Shown: positions 34,301 through 46,800 of the stretch, one piece after another
How positions within the stretch are numbered: position 1 is the first letter of the stretch
Layout of the letters: the number at the start of each line of letters is the position of its first letter
Source: Podarcis cretensis
Lineage: Eukaryota
NCBI GenBank assembly: GCA_951804945.1
Contig: OX638152.1
Location: 43,338,001 to 43,402,000, forward strand
Length of the DNA stretch: 64,000 nt
Direction of reading: 5' to 3'
Notes under the pieces: model-generated
Databases searched by the model: none
The model's input: only the letters and a program-made list of their open reading frames with translations
What the model was told of the DNA's origin: nothing
Program-made: the position numbers and the translations under genes

Positions 34301-36574
34301 GACTCCTGGAATGCCAGGGAGAGGCAGCTGAGTCTGCAGGTTGGAGATGCCCCCCCCCAAAGCAGGCCCCTAATAAGTCTTTTAAAGAATATTTTCAAAT
34401 TGTAAGAAATAGCGACATTGTAAAGCACAACCTCTCACATCAGAGTTTTGTGTGTAATATGCAGATATTTCCGTAAGAAGCCACAAGGACACCTGGTACA
34501 CGATTGCAAAGCCCTTCCTGATCATGTCAGTGTTAGGACACTGAGCACACCCAGTCTGGCTCTTGAGATTAGAGAAGTTTGTCATACGTGCCCTAATATA
34601 ATGTCAGGCTCTCCGCTTGCTTAGAGAAGAATCTTACAGGGTAACATTTGGATATACAGGTTGTCAGGATTGAAGGAAATGGTTCAGATCCCTTCCAGCC
34701 TTACAATTCAGTGTGGCATGCTTCATAAAGCTGGCAGATGCTGTGCAAAATGCCAAACAGCTATTTGCAATTGCAGCAGTAGAGCTTTTCCAGTTTTGTG
34801 TGGTGTTCGTATTTCATATTGAACATGCTGTTTTGAATGAGCAAGATTACTTGTCTGGATTTTTTAAAACTGATGCTCATTTTGAACTTGCACAGTGTCT
34901 CCTATTAGGGAATACACTGCGGATGAGGAGAGGGACCTGCCAGCCCACCAGAGGAACCTGCCAGCTTGCCACTGAGGCTCTTGTCTGCTGCCTTCTGCTG
35001 CACTCCTTGCTCCACGAGACTATACAATCAATACATTACACAACAAACCAATTGACATGACAAACCCAGTACAGCTAATAAACCAGTGTGCAGGGCACAA
35101 AATGATGGTATGCCAAAAAGCATGATCTCTGCATATTGAAAAAGGCAGTTTGGGGGGAAAGCAAAAGAAAAATTTAAAAGATGACAGCATAAATATTACA
35201 TTTTTTCTTCTTGTTTAAATAAATGGTTTCTTAATAGGTAAAGAAAGTATGCAATACGTTATATGTAGTACCGGTAATTAACTAAACAAGATCCAGATCA
35301 CTGCTGAAAGAGAATTATGTTTCATGCTATAATACTCGTTATAAATCTCACACAGAACTTTGCTGTTGTAATTTCCCATTGTAATCTCATTCAGTGATGT
35401 ATACCATTTCCCCAAAAATGTCATGCAGTATAGTCTTGTTTACTTTTAAGCAGTATAACATTGATTTTGTAAAAATAAAATAAAAACAAGTTTTGTTAAC
35501 AAAAAATAGTAATATTTAGTATTACTAATAGTAATTTAGCTGCCACATTCAAAATGTACTAAAGAATAAAAATAAATACTAATTGGTGCACAGAATGTCA
35601 TAATTACCTTAAAAACTACAGATAGACTGTATCAGTGGCTACATCTTTTTCATATTCTGTTATCTTGCTGCATTCTTAGTAAGAGTATGTTTCCGGCATT
35701 TTTGTTAGCCTGAGTGTCTGTTGTAGGAGAAAAGCTCTCTGTATCAGTGTTTTGTCTTCAGTGGAATTTAGAGAACAGACACTACTGCTCCATAGACTCC
35801 CATCTTCTGGCTGTTTTATCCGTCAGTCCTATTTTAAAGTCTCTTTCTTACACATAAAGCTTGTAGATCCATGTAGCTGCAGCCAGGCACGATGAAGTGG
35901 CATACACTGTAGTAGTTACAATGATGAGACAAGTGGGGCAGGTCCTACTGCACATCACTTGCACTCCCATTAGAACCCTTTATTGCTGTCATGTCTCAGA
36001 CACGTAGAGCTACTCTGTGCTGACTGAAGTGCCTTGAGCGCATCATAGGCTATATCTGCATTTTCATGGAATTGTAACATGACTCGAGTCCCAGAATGCA
36101 GCAAACTTCACATTCAAATGAAAAATGAGTTGCTTGCTCATAGTTCTGCACCATCTACATTCAGTGATGCCACTCACTGCATGAGGCAGTAGAGCAGTGG
36201 GTGGACAACTTTTATTCCCTGTGAAGTAAAAGTAATCCGTAAGGATTTGTGTGATGGCAGTGGGACCCTCCTGGGCCTCCACCCCAGTGGAATCTGGGCC
36301 TCCACCCCAGTGGAATCTGAGGACAGTGGAATTTCCAAGAGGGTCTTCTGCCCAGAGCTTAACACCCATGAAATTTATGAGGAAGGAGGTGGTATTTCAG
36401 ATATTTGGGGCTTGAGTCATTTATGGCTTTAAACATTACTATGGTCAATTTGAATTAGGCCCAGAAACAAACTGATTAACAATGCAGCTGTTTTGAAATA
36501 GGGTTTATGTGAGATCTCAGTGGAACCCCAGCCAGTATTCTGACTGCTGTATTTTGGACTACTTGACATTTCTG

Positions 36575-36725
36575 ATCATAGGATTGTAGAGTTTGATCAT
36601 AGAATCATAGAGCTGGAAGGGACCCAAGAGTTGTGTAGTCCAACCCTCTACTTAAAAACCTCCAGGGAAGGAGAGTCCACAACCTCCCGAGGGAGACTCT
36701 TCCACTGTAGAACAGTTCTCACTAT
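36575..36725 (-). mobile_element. CR1 LINE 3' fragment
   Basis: (CATAGAAT)n tail, and similarity to the 3' end of the CR1 at 51.2-52.1 kb. Confidence 0.7.
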
Positions 36726-36927
36726 AGGGAGTCACCTATCACCACCACATGTCTCTTCCTCCTCTGGGGAGTGACAGGAATTGTTCTATGCACTGTACCT
36801 TCCAAAGCCTGCTTGGAGTGCTCTTAAGTTCAGCACCACCTGCTTTTTCCTTCCCCTCTTGTCTATTGGAGCTTATTTGGGTGTTGTTGGGATAGTTTAC
36901 AAAGGCAGGAACCTTATGGTTTGAGTA

Positions 36928-37144
36928 CAGTGGTACCTCTGGTTACGTACTTAATTCGTTCCGGAGGTCTGTTCTTAACCTGAAACTGTTCTTAACCTGA
37001 AGCACCACTTTAGCTTATGGGGGGCCTCCCGCTGCTGCCGCACGATTTCTTTTCTCATCCTGAAGCAAAGTTCTTAACCCGAGGTACTATTTCTGGGTTA
37101 GCGGAGTCTGTAACCTGAAGTGTATGTAACCCGAGGTACCACTG
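36928..37144. mobile_element. Tc1/mariner MITE, family A
   Basis: TA|CAGTGGTACCTC...GAGGTACCACTG. Confidence 0.87.
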
Positions 37145-37200
37145 AACTTCCTACTCCTTCCTCTCAGCTTCCTCCAGGCTCTAATTCCCTTTCTCCAATA

Positions 37201-37576
37201 CAGTGGTACCTCGCAAGACGAATGCCTCATAAGACGAAAAACTCGCCAAGACGAAAGAGTTTTTCGTTTTTTGAGTTGCTTCGCAAGACGAATTTCCCTA
37301 TGGGCTTGCTTCACAAGACAAAAACGTCTTGCAAGTTTGTTTCCTTTGTCTTGCAAGTTTGTTTCCTTTTTCTTAAAACCGTGCATTCAGGGGGTGCAGT
37401 TGCGACTTGACTTCAAGGAGCAACTCATAGCATGTGGTGTGGTAGCCTTTTTTGAGGTTTTTGAAGACTTTGGTGATTTTTGAAGCTTTTCCAAAATACG
37501 TGCTTTGCAAGACGAAAAAATTGCAAGACGAAAAAACTCGCAGAACGAATTAATATCGTCTTGCAAGGTACCACTG
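37201..37576. mobile_element. Tc1/mariner MITE, family D (GCAAGACG subterminal repeats)
   Basis: TA|CAGTGGTACCTCGCAAGACG...CGTCTTGCAAGGTACCACTG|TA. Confidence 0.85.
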
Positions 37577-38570
37577 TATCTCCATGGAAGGTAACAAGTG
37601 GGTTATTGGCATACACATCCACGATCAGTAGCCTTGGATCTGAAGGGGTTAGGTTAAGAATGGAAAATGACATGGTCTTCAGTGTGGCTTACCATCTTCA
37701 CAGTGTATAGGATTACTGGCTTAGAAATAAATCCTAAATTAAAAAAAAAACAACTTATGGTAAGAAATGTAATTTAATCCTTGTGTTTTGGGGGGAAATC
37801 CAGATGTGTAGATTCTTAATTGTGATGAATTACACTTTTTAAAAACACCAGGCTGTTCATATTCCATTTTCAGATTTGCAGGCATATGAACTTTCTTTCC
37901 AAATTACCTATTGGCAGGCAACTATTTCTTTTCTTTCATCTCATGACATTAATATGCTTGTGCAGGTTTCCCTGCAGCTGTGTATCTTTATTCCAAGGTG
38001 TTTTAAAGATAAACACATCATTTGAAGAAGTAAAAAAGCACATTATTTGAAGGACTGTAGATTTTATTTGTCAGAAATATGTTAGCTAGCTATTAGCAAA
38101 ACAACAATAGCATTGAAAGAAATATGCTTCCATCATAGGTCCCCCCCCCCCATTGGTTCATTTTTCATTATCTTGTACCTGTGATATAAGCATAAGCTAT
38201 ACCTATGCTTAAAAAGGTAAGGAAAAACTAAAAAGCAATTATTTCCACCATAAATTTCATCCATGTAGCTAAAGGAGAAGATTCTGTTGGTAGCAACCTG
38301 CCCCAACAAGCTGTCCTGTTCTCCAGTGATTACTGTTTCTTCATTATTATTTATGTCATTTGAAGGTCAGGGGTGGTTTACAACATACTTTTAAAAGTAT
38401 TCAGAGTATCTCTGTTTAGAGCATATTGCAGTAGCAGCCTAATCTTAAAGCTATGAATGATGACTGCTAAGCATGCGGGTGGGGGGGGGGGGCTGGAATG
38501 ATCAGGTGGGACACAAATAATGACAACACTAACAAAATTTGAACTGGGCATCTTCAAAAGACTAACTTAG

Positions 38571-39052
38571 AAGCTCAACATCAAAAAAACCTAAGATCAT
38601 GGCCATTGGTCCCATCACCTCCTGGCAAATAGAAGGGGAAGAAATGGAGGCAGTGACAGATTTTACTTTCTTGGGCTCCATGATCACTGCAGATGGTGAC
38701 AGCCATCACAAAATTAAAAGACTCCTGCTTCTTGGGAGAAAAGCGATGACAAACCTAGACAGTATCTTAAAAAGCAGAGACATCACCTTGCCGACAAAGG
38801 TATGTATAGTTAAAGCTATGGTTTTCCCATAGCTTTGGAAGTGAGAGCTGCACCATAAAGAAGGCTGATCACCGAAGAATTGATGCTTTTGAATTATGGT
38901 GCTGGAGGAGACTCTTGAGGGTCCCATGGACTGCAAGAAGATCAAACCTATCCATTCTGAAGGAAATCAGCCCTGAGTGCTCACTGGAAGGACAGATCCT
39001 GAAGATCATGGGGTCATGAAGAGTCGGACACAACTAAACAACAAACAACAAA
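38571..39052 (+). mobile_element. RTE Bov-B LINE 3' fragment, truncated and internally deleted
   Basis: ORF GPITSWQIEGEEMEAVTDFTFLGSMITADGD...LDSILKSRDITLPTKV.IVKAMVFP is typical of Bov-B; GAGTCGGACAC and a (CAA)n tail follow. Confidence 0.9.
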
Positions 39053-41048
39053 ATCTTCTGGGCCCAGAACACTATTTGCATTCAATCTTCTCAGTGGGGT
39101 GTCATCCTTGCCCACAAGACAGCCACCTTGAGTTATCCCCTTCGGTGCTCTGGGCTCCCACTATAGTAATAATCTCCCTCCTTTCCACCCTTATGCCACA
39201 CACACACTGTGTAGCAAACAAGGCATTTCATTTGGTCAGTGCTCTATAATCCAAAGAGGCCTTCTGCCTTGGTTGTAGCTGTCTGTCTTGCCTCCAAGAA
39301 CAACTAGAAGTGTTTCTTGCCATCTTTCTTTTTAGTGCTGCACATCACTCCAGGTTAATCTTTGTACTGTGACTGATAAGTTGAAACAAAACACTCATCA
39401 GGGAAACACAATTGAATTCTATACCGGTGACTCAGAAAATGCAATAGATCTCTTTCACATTTAGTTAAACTTTTTTCCCCTTTGACAGGGATGGCAGGCA
39501 GAGAAATTGCTTTCTACAGGTTTTCTTCGGATGCTTTTTATGCCAAGAAAGAGAATGAAAAGGAAGCTCTAACAATACTTCTTACAGGCATTCTGGCTAG
39601 GCTTTTTCTGAAATTGTTTTTTAAGAAATTAGTTGATAAAATTGAATCATAGAATCAAGTACAGTATATCAAATAACTGCTCTTTCCCAATCTTCCGCAA
39701 AGACCAGAGTACTGTATGTACTGGAGAGCACAAATATAACAGGATAGGAATTCATTTTCTTCATGTGCTTATAAGCCACCATGCACACACAATTTGAATG
39801 TATGTCTCATTGAATATTTACATTGAAGAGAAGCAGCAAGCTATTAAAAGTGTTCTTGGTGTAACCTTTAAGCTACCTGCAAGTTTCTTTGGACCTTTTT
39901 TTTAAGGCACTGCTGTTAGTCTTGAGCAAAATCTTCTGATTCTCACTGAACTGTGCAGCTGCAAGCTCCAGTGAAATAAATGGTGCCTGGCATGATGATG
40001 AGGTTGTTTGAGGCTTTCAGCCAAAGTCTAGCTTCATCAACCAAGTATAGTAGGTAAATGACTGCATTTCTTAAGGGTGGTCATAAAACTACTGCTTATA
40101 TTTTGAAGTCATTTAACTTGTAAACTCTGCATCTTTAAATGACTTTGCCCAAGGTTGAGCAGATATCGGGGGTATCGCCTAAAAAGCAAAGGCTTTTGGT
40201 ACTTTATCATGAGCTTCAATATTTCCTTAAGGCATGAAGTTTAAAAAATATGAGAGAGATAGATTAGATGAGGGTATTTATTATTTCAAACTGCACAGTC
40301 AACTGGGATTGCTGCTAAATGCTCTTACTATCATAATAGCCAATCTTATGCTAATTCTAGCCTGAAGCTTCTTGACTTTTTATGTGCAGAGATAATGGGG
40401 GGTAAAACTACAGCTTTTTTGGTTGTACAGCAAATTCTTTCCAACCATGTCAAATAAATTATACTGGCTTGCAAACTAAAAATGGTTTGGGCATTGGAGG
40501 AATTCCCAGCAATAATATGCAAAGGTTATTACCCTTGACAGTTAGAGGGTGTTATATTTTATAGTTGATGCTATTTGAATATTTCCTTCATAGGATGCTA
40601 GCAAATCTACATTTCAACTTTGTACTTTAGCAAACTATAGGTGAATTCCTTCCTGATAGAATTCGTTTTAGTCCTTGTGCTATGTAGGTATATCATGTTT
40701 TGTTAATGAATTCTGGCATGTTTAATATACACATGTGTATATACAGTTATTAATCTTGATCTTATACATTTCCTTTAGGTGGGTGATTATTTGTTATAAA
40801 ATTATATAGTTCTATTAATGCCAAATCTTTTAATCTGCTTTGCCCTTCATTATCAAAATTGCCTCTAATTACTCCCTAAGCCAAACAAAATTTCAATAAC
40901 ACAATTATTTAAGTCCTGGCTATTTAATTACCAGTAACCTGAACATATTAAACTGTAGAATAATTCTTAAAGAATTTGTGAAGTTAAATTAAATGCTTTC
41001 AGGAATTTTAAACAGCAGCCAGATCCCAACCACTAGAACTTCTAGGTT

Positions 41049-41306
41049 CCGTAGATTCCGGCGTATAAGACGACTTTTTAACCCCGAAAAAGAGGTTAAA
41101 AAGTCGGGGGTTGTCTTATACGCCGGGTATGGGCGGCGTGAAGCGGAGTCTGTCCACTGCTGCTTCCACGCTGGGTGGCTTTTTCCCGGTGTGGAGCTGC
41201 CCAGTGTATTAGGCGACTGGGCTTATAAGATGAACCTCCAAATTGCAGCTGCAAATTTGGGGGGTCGTCTAATACACCCAGTAGCCTAATACGCCAGAAT
41301 CTACGG
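41049..41306. mobile_element. Tc1/mariner-type MITE (CCGTA termini)
   Basis: TIR CCGTAGATTCCGGCGTAT / ATACGCCAGAATCTACGG|TA. Confidence 0.8.
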
Positions 41307-41447
41307 TAGTTTTGCCTCCTTAATAAATTGAAAATAATAATAAATAAATTATAGATATAGATATATCACTTAAGTAAAGCTGAGATCTACACTAATTGGA
41401 AAACTAATAAGTACTTTACAGAAATAAAATTCCTAGCAGGCTTAATA

Positions 41448-41689
41448 CAGTCGTACCTCGGGTTAAGTACTTAATTCGTTCCGGAGGTCTGTACTTAACC
41501 TGAAACTGTTCTTAACCTGAGGCACCACTTTAGCTAATGTGACCACCTGCTGCTGTTGCACCGCCAGAGCATGATTTCTGTTCTCATCCTGAAGCAAAGT
41601 TCTTAATCCAAGATACTATTTCTGGGTTAGTGGAGTCTGTAACCTGAAGCGTATGTAACCTGAAGCGTATGTAACCTGAGGTACCACTG
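41448..41689. mobile_element. Tc1/mariner MITE, family A
   Basis: TA|CAGTCGTACCTC...GAGGTACCACTG|TA. Confidence 0.87.
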
Positions 41690-43827
41690 TATTTAAAACA
41701 TAGCAACCAGGATTGGGTTGTTGTTTCTGTTCTTTAATTTCTTTTGTTTCCCATGTAAGCTGATGCTCGTCATTTTTACAGCCTGTCAAGTGTACAAAAA
41801 AGCTTCCTGAAGAGCTAGTCTGACAATATTATATTCCATGTCTTCCCTGAAAACTTGATGCCTAAAGTCATGGAAGTCACTAAAATTACACTCCCACGGT
41901 ATGTGCAGTCAGAAAGCAGGATATATTTTTAGCTGGATTGGGCCCTAAAGTGTTATAAAAAATAGCTTTTCCTCATTTTTTTATCACTGCAAGTCCATGC
42001 AGGCAGAATCAAATTGTTTATGTGAAATCTATTGTTCATGCCTTGCAATATGGTTTCTCATTGGGCCCTTGAGTGTAGTTTACTTTTTGTAGTATCATGA
42101 AATATCTGTTAGTTTGGGCTTTTTAAAAAAATCCACCCTTCCTTTGTTCTCTAGTTTGAGTTCACCTATTTTAAAATTTAATTTAAGAACTGAAATAAAA
42201 CTGGAACAGATTTACCTTTATCATCAGTCATGCCATAATGTTATTTCTTAATTCTGTTTCTCTCATCTCTATATGTGTTGAAAATAAATGCATAAGTAAA
42301 ATGTAAGAACTATGTTCCAATATTTCTACATATCAGTAAAGTGGGGTACTAATTTGTCCCTTCAGTTTTAATGAAACGTTAGAAAGTATCAGGACAATTC
42401 AGATATGTTGCTTTGAAATCAATTGCCTTGTATTTTGACCTTTACAATTAATGAACATGCCTAAATTAGGTCCATTAATGTCAATACACCTACTCTAAGT
42501 AAAACTTAAAGTAAAACTTAGAGTAAAACCTAGAGTTGAGTACCACCCAGTATTGGGAATAACTACCATTGAGTAGAAGTGCATAAGATCCAGCTGCATG
42601 TCCTATTTATTTCATGGTACTTAAGTGTTCTTGCCCCTTTCAATGAATTTTCAAATTGGTGATGGACTGTGGCCAAGGTCATATAATTTTAGCCCTTGCC
42701 CCAAGCCCATTGCAAGTCATCCTCCAGTGAACTCCATATGTATTTTCACTGCTGATTGTAATACTGTGAGTCCTCCATCATAGGCTCAGGTTGCATATAT
42801 GTGTAAATAAACCATATATTATAAAGACACTACAGTCTCTGCTATGTTTCATTTCCATTGAAAGTTCCTGGAACCCCTGGAATCTGACAACCCTTGTGGA
42901 GATTTAGGTGGTGTTTGACAGTATGTCTGTTCGTTTCTAATATATGCAGGAATTCCTGTTTCTGCTTATCTGTAGCTTATGGAATTGCGAATCATTATGA
43001 CTTCACATATTAGACTTCATGTCTAAGAAAAATGTTAACCAAGTCTGGTGCTGAGTTCATTCCCCGCTAACCACAGAGATAGCTTAAGGATGGATGCCAT
43101 AATGGCACAACATTCGCATTCTCTATTATAAGATGCTGTGTAAATGTTTCAGTTGAATATGTAGGCTGCCTAATTAAGATTTTTGGTCATAATGTTTTCC
43201 ATGGTTGTCTTAAAACACTAGTGGAACTGAACATTTCATTCACATTTCTGCTGAGAGCAACATTTAACACAATAGTTCTCTTGTTGATAATTGCCTAATC
43301 AGCATCATTATAATTTGCTATGCTAGCAAAATCCCTGAAACTAGAGGTGGTTCAAAACAGTTAGTACTAGTTTTATTGTGGCTGATTCCCATGTTCATTC
43401 TCATCCATTCTCTTATATTAAGGGGTGGGGGATAAATGACAAGATGTTCATATATAGTTGCTGTTTAGGTTTTTCCAAATTATAGAATACAAAATTTTAT
43501 CTTTAGTGGTGTATTTGCATAGGCATAATTCCAGTGCATCTATTTCATATATTGTCCCTGTGTAGTGAGTCACTTAATTTCCAGTAAGTGCCTTGGACAA
43601 GCACAGTGGCCTAATATCTTGGCAAATTCCCTTATTCATCTTCTTAAGGTTACCCCACTAAATGAAGTCTGGTGGGTGGTTACTAAAGAAAGGTTACCAA
43701 TTGGCAGTGATGCCCTAGCTGTGGAATGCTTTCTCCAGAAAGGCTCACCTGGCACCTGTGATATGGTCTTCTTGGCACCAGGTGAAAGAGGCCTTTCCCC
43801 CTATGCATTTTAATATCATGCATATCA

Positions 43828-46800
43828 CGCTTTGCCGTGCGTTTGTGGGGAGGGCTCCTCCCCCTGCTAGCCCATTCTCCATCTTGGGCTTGGGGACGGG
43901 CCCCATACTCCACCTCAGCATAAAAGACTCCAAGGAGGCCCGGGACACTGCTGCTGCCGCTTTGCCGGTGAGTCTTGGGGAGGACCGCTCCCCCTGCAGG
44001 CCCACTCTCCATCAGGCCAGGGGGCGGGGCCCACGCTCACCACCGCCGCAGCTTCGGGGACACTGGTGCTGCTGCAGTGGTTGTTTGAAGTGTTCTTATA
44101 TGTTTTAAACTGTTTTTATTTTTTTGCTTTGTTGTACCACCATAAGCGGTGGTTTTTATCCATGTACTTTTATTGTTTTGATTTATTTTGGGTTGGGGTG
44201 GGGTGGTTGGGGAGTGGGGTGGGGATTGGTTTTGTTTTCGTGTAATTGTTTTTGTTTGTTTGCTTTTATATTCTGTAAATGGAGGCGAGTATGAGGCTTG
44301 GGATTCCTACTGTGAAGGGGCGAGGGAGGTATGGCGGTGGGGGCAGATGTCATAGGCGAAGGGGATCGAGATACGGATATGCTCGTACCCCTTCCAATCT
44401 GCGCCCCATCCCGAGAGACGAGGGTAGGGTGAGCAAGGATTACTCACCTCCGTCACTGGTGTTGTGCAATGCCAGGTCTATAGGCAACAAAACCGCCACC
44501 CTGCGAGATTTCTTCACCTCGCAGGGGGTTGACCTGGCATGTGTGACTGAGACCTGGGTGCGCGAAGGGGATACTGTTACCTTACGAGAGATGGCGCCCC
44601 CGGGTTTCTCCGTCCTTCACCAGTCGCGGATTGTGGGCCGGGGGGGAGGGGTGGCGTTATTAATCCGGGAAGATTGTTCTTTCAGGGCTCTACCATCGCC
44701 ATCGATCCCCGGCATTGAATGTGTTGGCCTAGTGTGGGGCTCCGAGGTGAGCTTGGCTGTCTGGCTGGTGTACCGGCCACCTAGCGCACCAGCAGCCACC
44801 CTGTCAGGCCTGCTGGAGGCTGTGGCCGGCTGGGCCTTGGAGTTCCCTAACCTATTGGTATTGGGGGACTTCAACATCCATGCTGATGCCACTCCCTCCT
44901 CACAGGCTCTGGACCTGGTGTCTTCCATGGCAACACTAGGGCTCTCCCAGTTTGTTTCGGGCCCCACACATCAAGCAGGCCACACGCTGGATTTGATCTT
45001 TGGCGTCGGTATAGATGTGATCATGTTTCCTTCGATGAAGGTGCCATGGTCTGATCACTATGCTCTGAAAGCCAGGATTGACGTTCCACCCCCACCCTGC
45101 TTGGGTGGCGAGCCAATTTGCGCTCGCCCGCAGAGGCTGATGGACCCTGATAGATTCCGTCAAGCCTTGTGGGACCTTTCTCCCCCTGGCGACTCATTGA
45201 CCGAGCTTGTTGAGGCCTGGAATACCCAGCTCCTGGCAGCCATCAATGAGATCGCACCTAAGCGCCCTCTGCGACCCCGCAGAAACTGGGCTCCCTGGTT
45301 TACCGAGGAGCTCCGGAAAATGAAGCGGGACCTCAGATGGCTAGAGCGAGTATGGCGGGGTGCCCGTGACGGAGCTTCAAGAACATCTTATAGGGTTTTT
45401 ATGAAAACCTACGAGATGGCAGTGAAGGCCGCTAAAAAGTCCTACTTCTCGGCCTCCATTGCATCCGCTAGCTCTCGCCCGGCGCAATTATTTAGTATAA
45501 TTCGGTCTTTAACGTCCCTCAAAGGACAGCCAAATTTAAATAACAATCTGACACACAGCTGTGAGGCATTTGCGAGCTTTTTTGCGGAGAAGGTCTTGTT
45601 GCTCCGCCATGACCTCCCTGCCAATTTGGATACAATAAAGGAACTGGAGGCCCCTCGACTGTCCTCGGGTTCAGTATTGGACCACTTTGACTGGATATCC
45701 CCAGCTGATGTAGACAGACTCCTCCGAGCTGGAAAGCCCACCACCTGTCCTCTCGACCTGTGCCCGTCCTGGCTGATTAGAGCGTGTCCAGACGAGGTGC
45801 GGGCCCCCCTAGGGGATATCATCAATCTGTCCCTTGGCACCGGGACATTCCCAGGGGAACTGAAGGAGGCAGTGGTGCGCCCGCTCTTAAAGAAAACATC
45901 ATTAGATCCCTTAGATCTATCCAATTACCGCCCGGTTTCGAATCTTCCATTCCTGGGTAAGGTGATTGAGAGAGCGGTTGCTGAACAGCTTGGTAGGTTT
46001 CTGGATGAAACATCAGCTCTGGATCCATTCCAGTCCGGCTTCCGCGCTGGTCATGGGACCGAGACGGCTCTGGTCGCCCTAACAGATGATCTCCGCAGGC
46101 AGCTGGATCGAGGCAGGTTGGGGCTGCTGATTCTTCTAGACCTGTCAGCAGCCTTCGACATGGTCGATCATGAACTCCTGGACCGCCGCCTTGCCGACGT
46201 GGGGATCCAGGGCACAGTCCTTCAATGGCTGCGCTCGTTTCTCTCTGGTCGGGGACAGAGGGTGGCGCTTGGGGGGGAATTGTCATCCCGCCACTCCTTG
46301 GTGTGTGGTGTGCCTCAGGGTGCAATACTCTCCCCGATGCTTTTTAACATCTTTATGCGCCCCCTCGCCCAGCTTGTCCGGAGTTTTGGGCTGGGCTGCC
46401 ATCAGTATGCTGATGACACCCAACTCTATTTGTTGATGGACGGCCACCCGGACTCGGCCCCAGACACACTGATCAGATGCTTGGAGGCTGTGGCTGGATG
46501 GTTACATGGGAGCCGGTTGAAGTTAAATCCTTCGAAGACAGAGGTCCTCTGGCTGGGACGGGACGACATGGGACTGAGGGGGCAACTCCCATCTCTTGCG
46601 GGGGTGCAATTAGTGCCAGCACCGTCCGTTAAGAGTTTGGGTGTAATCTTCGATACCTCCCTCTCCATGGAGGCGCAGATTGCAGCTATAACAAAGGCGG
46701 CATTTTTTCATCTCCGCCAAGCTAAGCAGTTGGCTCCTTACCTCTCTCGCCCTGACCTAGCCACTGTGATCCACGTAACGGTCACCTCCAGACTGGATTA

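Noticed and set aside
36271-36320. 23-bp tandem duplication (similar 21-bp pair at about 34930-34968)
   Set aside because: Ordinary short slippage duplications with no further structure.
37201-37576. Regularly recurring GCAAGACG motif resembling a CRISPR-like array
   Set aside because: These are subterminal repeats in both orientations inside a TA-flanked MITE, in a vertebrate genome with no cas genes.
42640-42920. Possible second solo LTR (AATAAA and TGACA end)
   Set aside because: Termini and TSD could not be defined, so the evidence is too weak.
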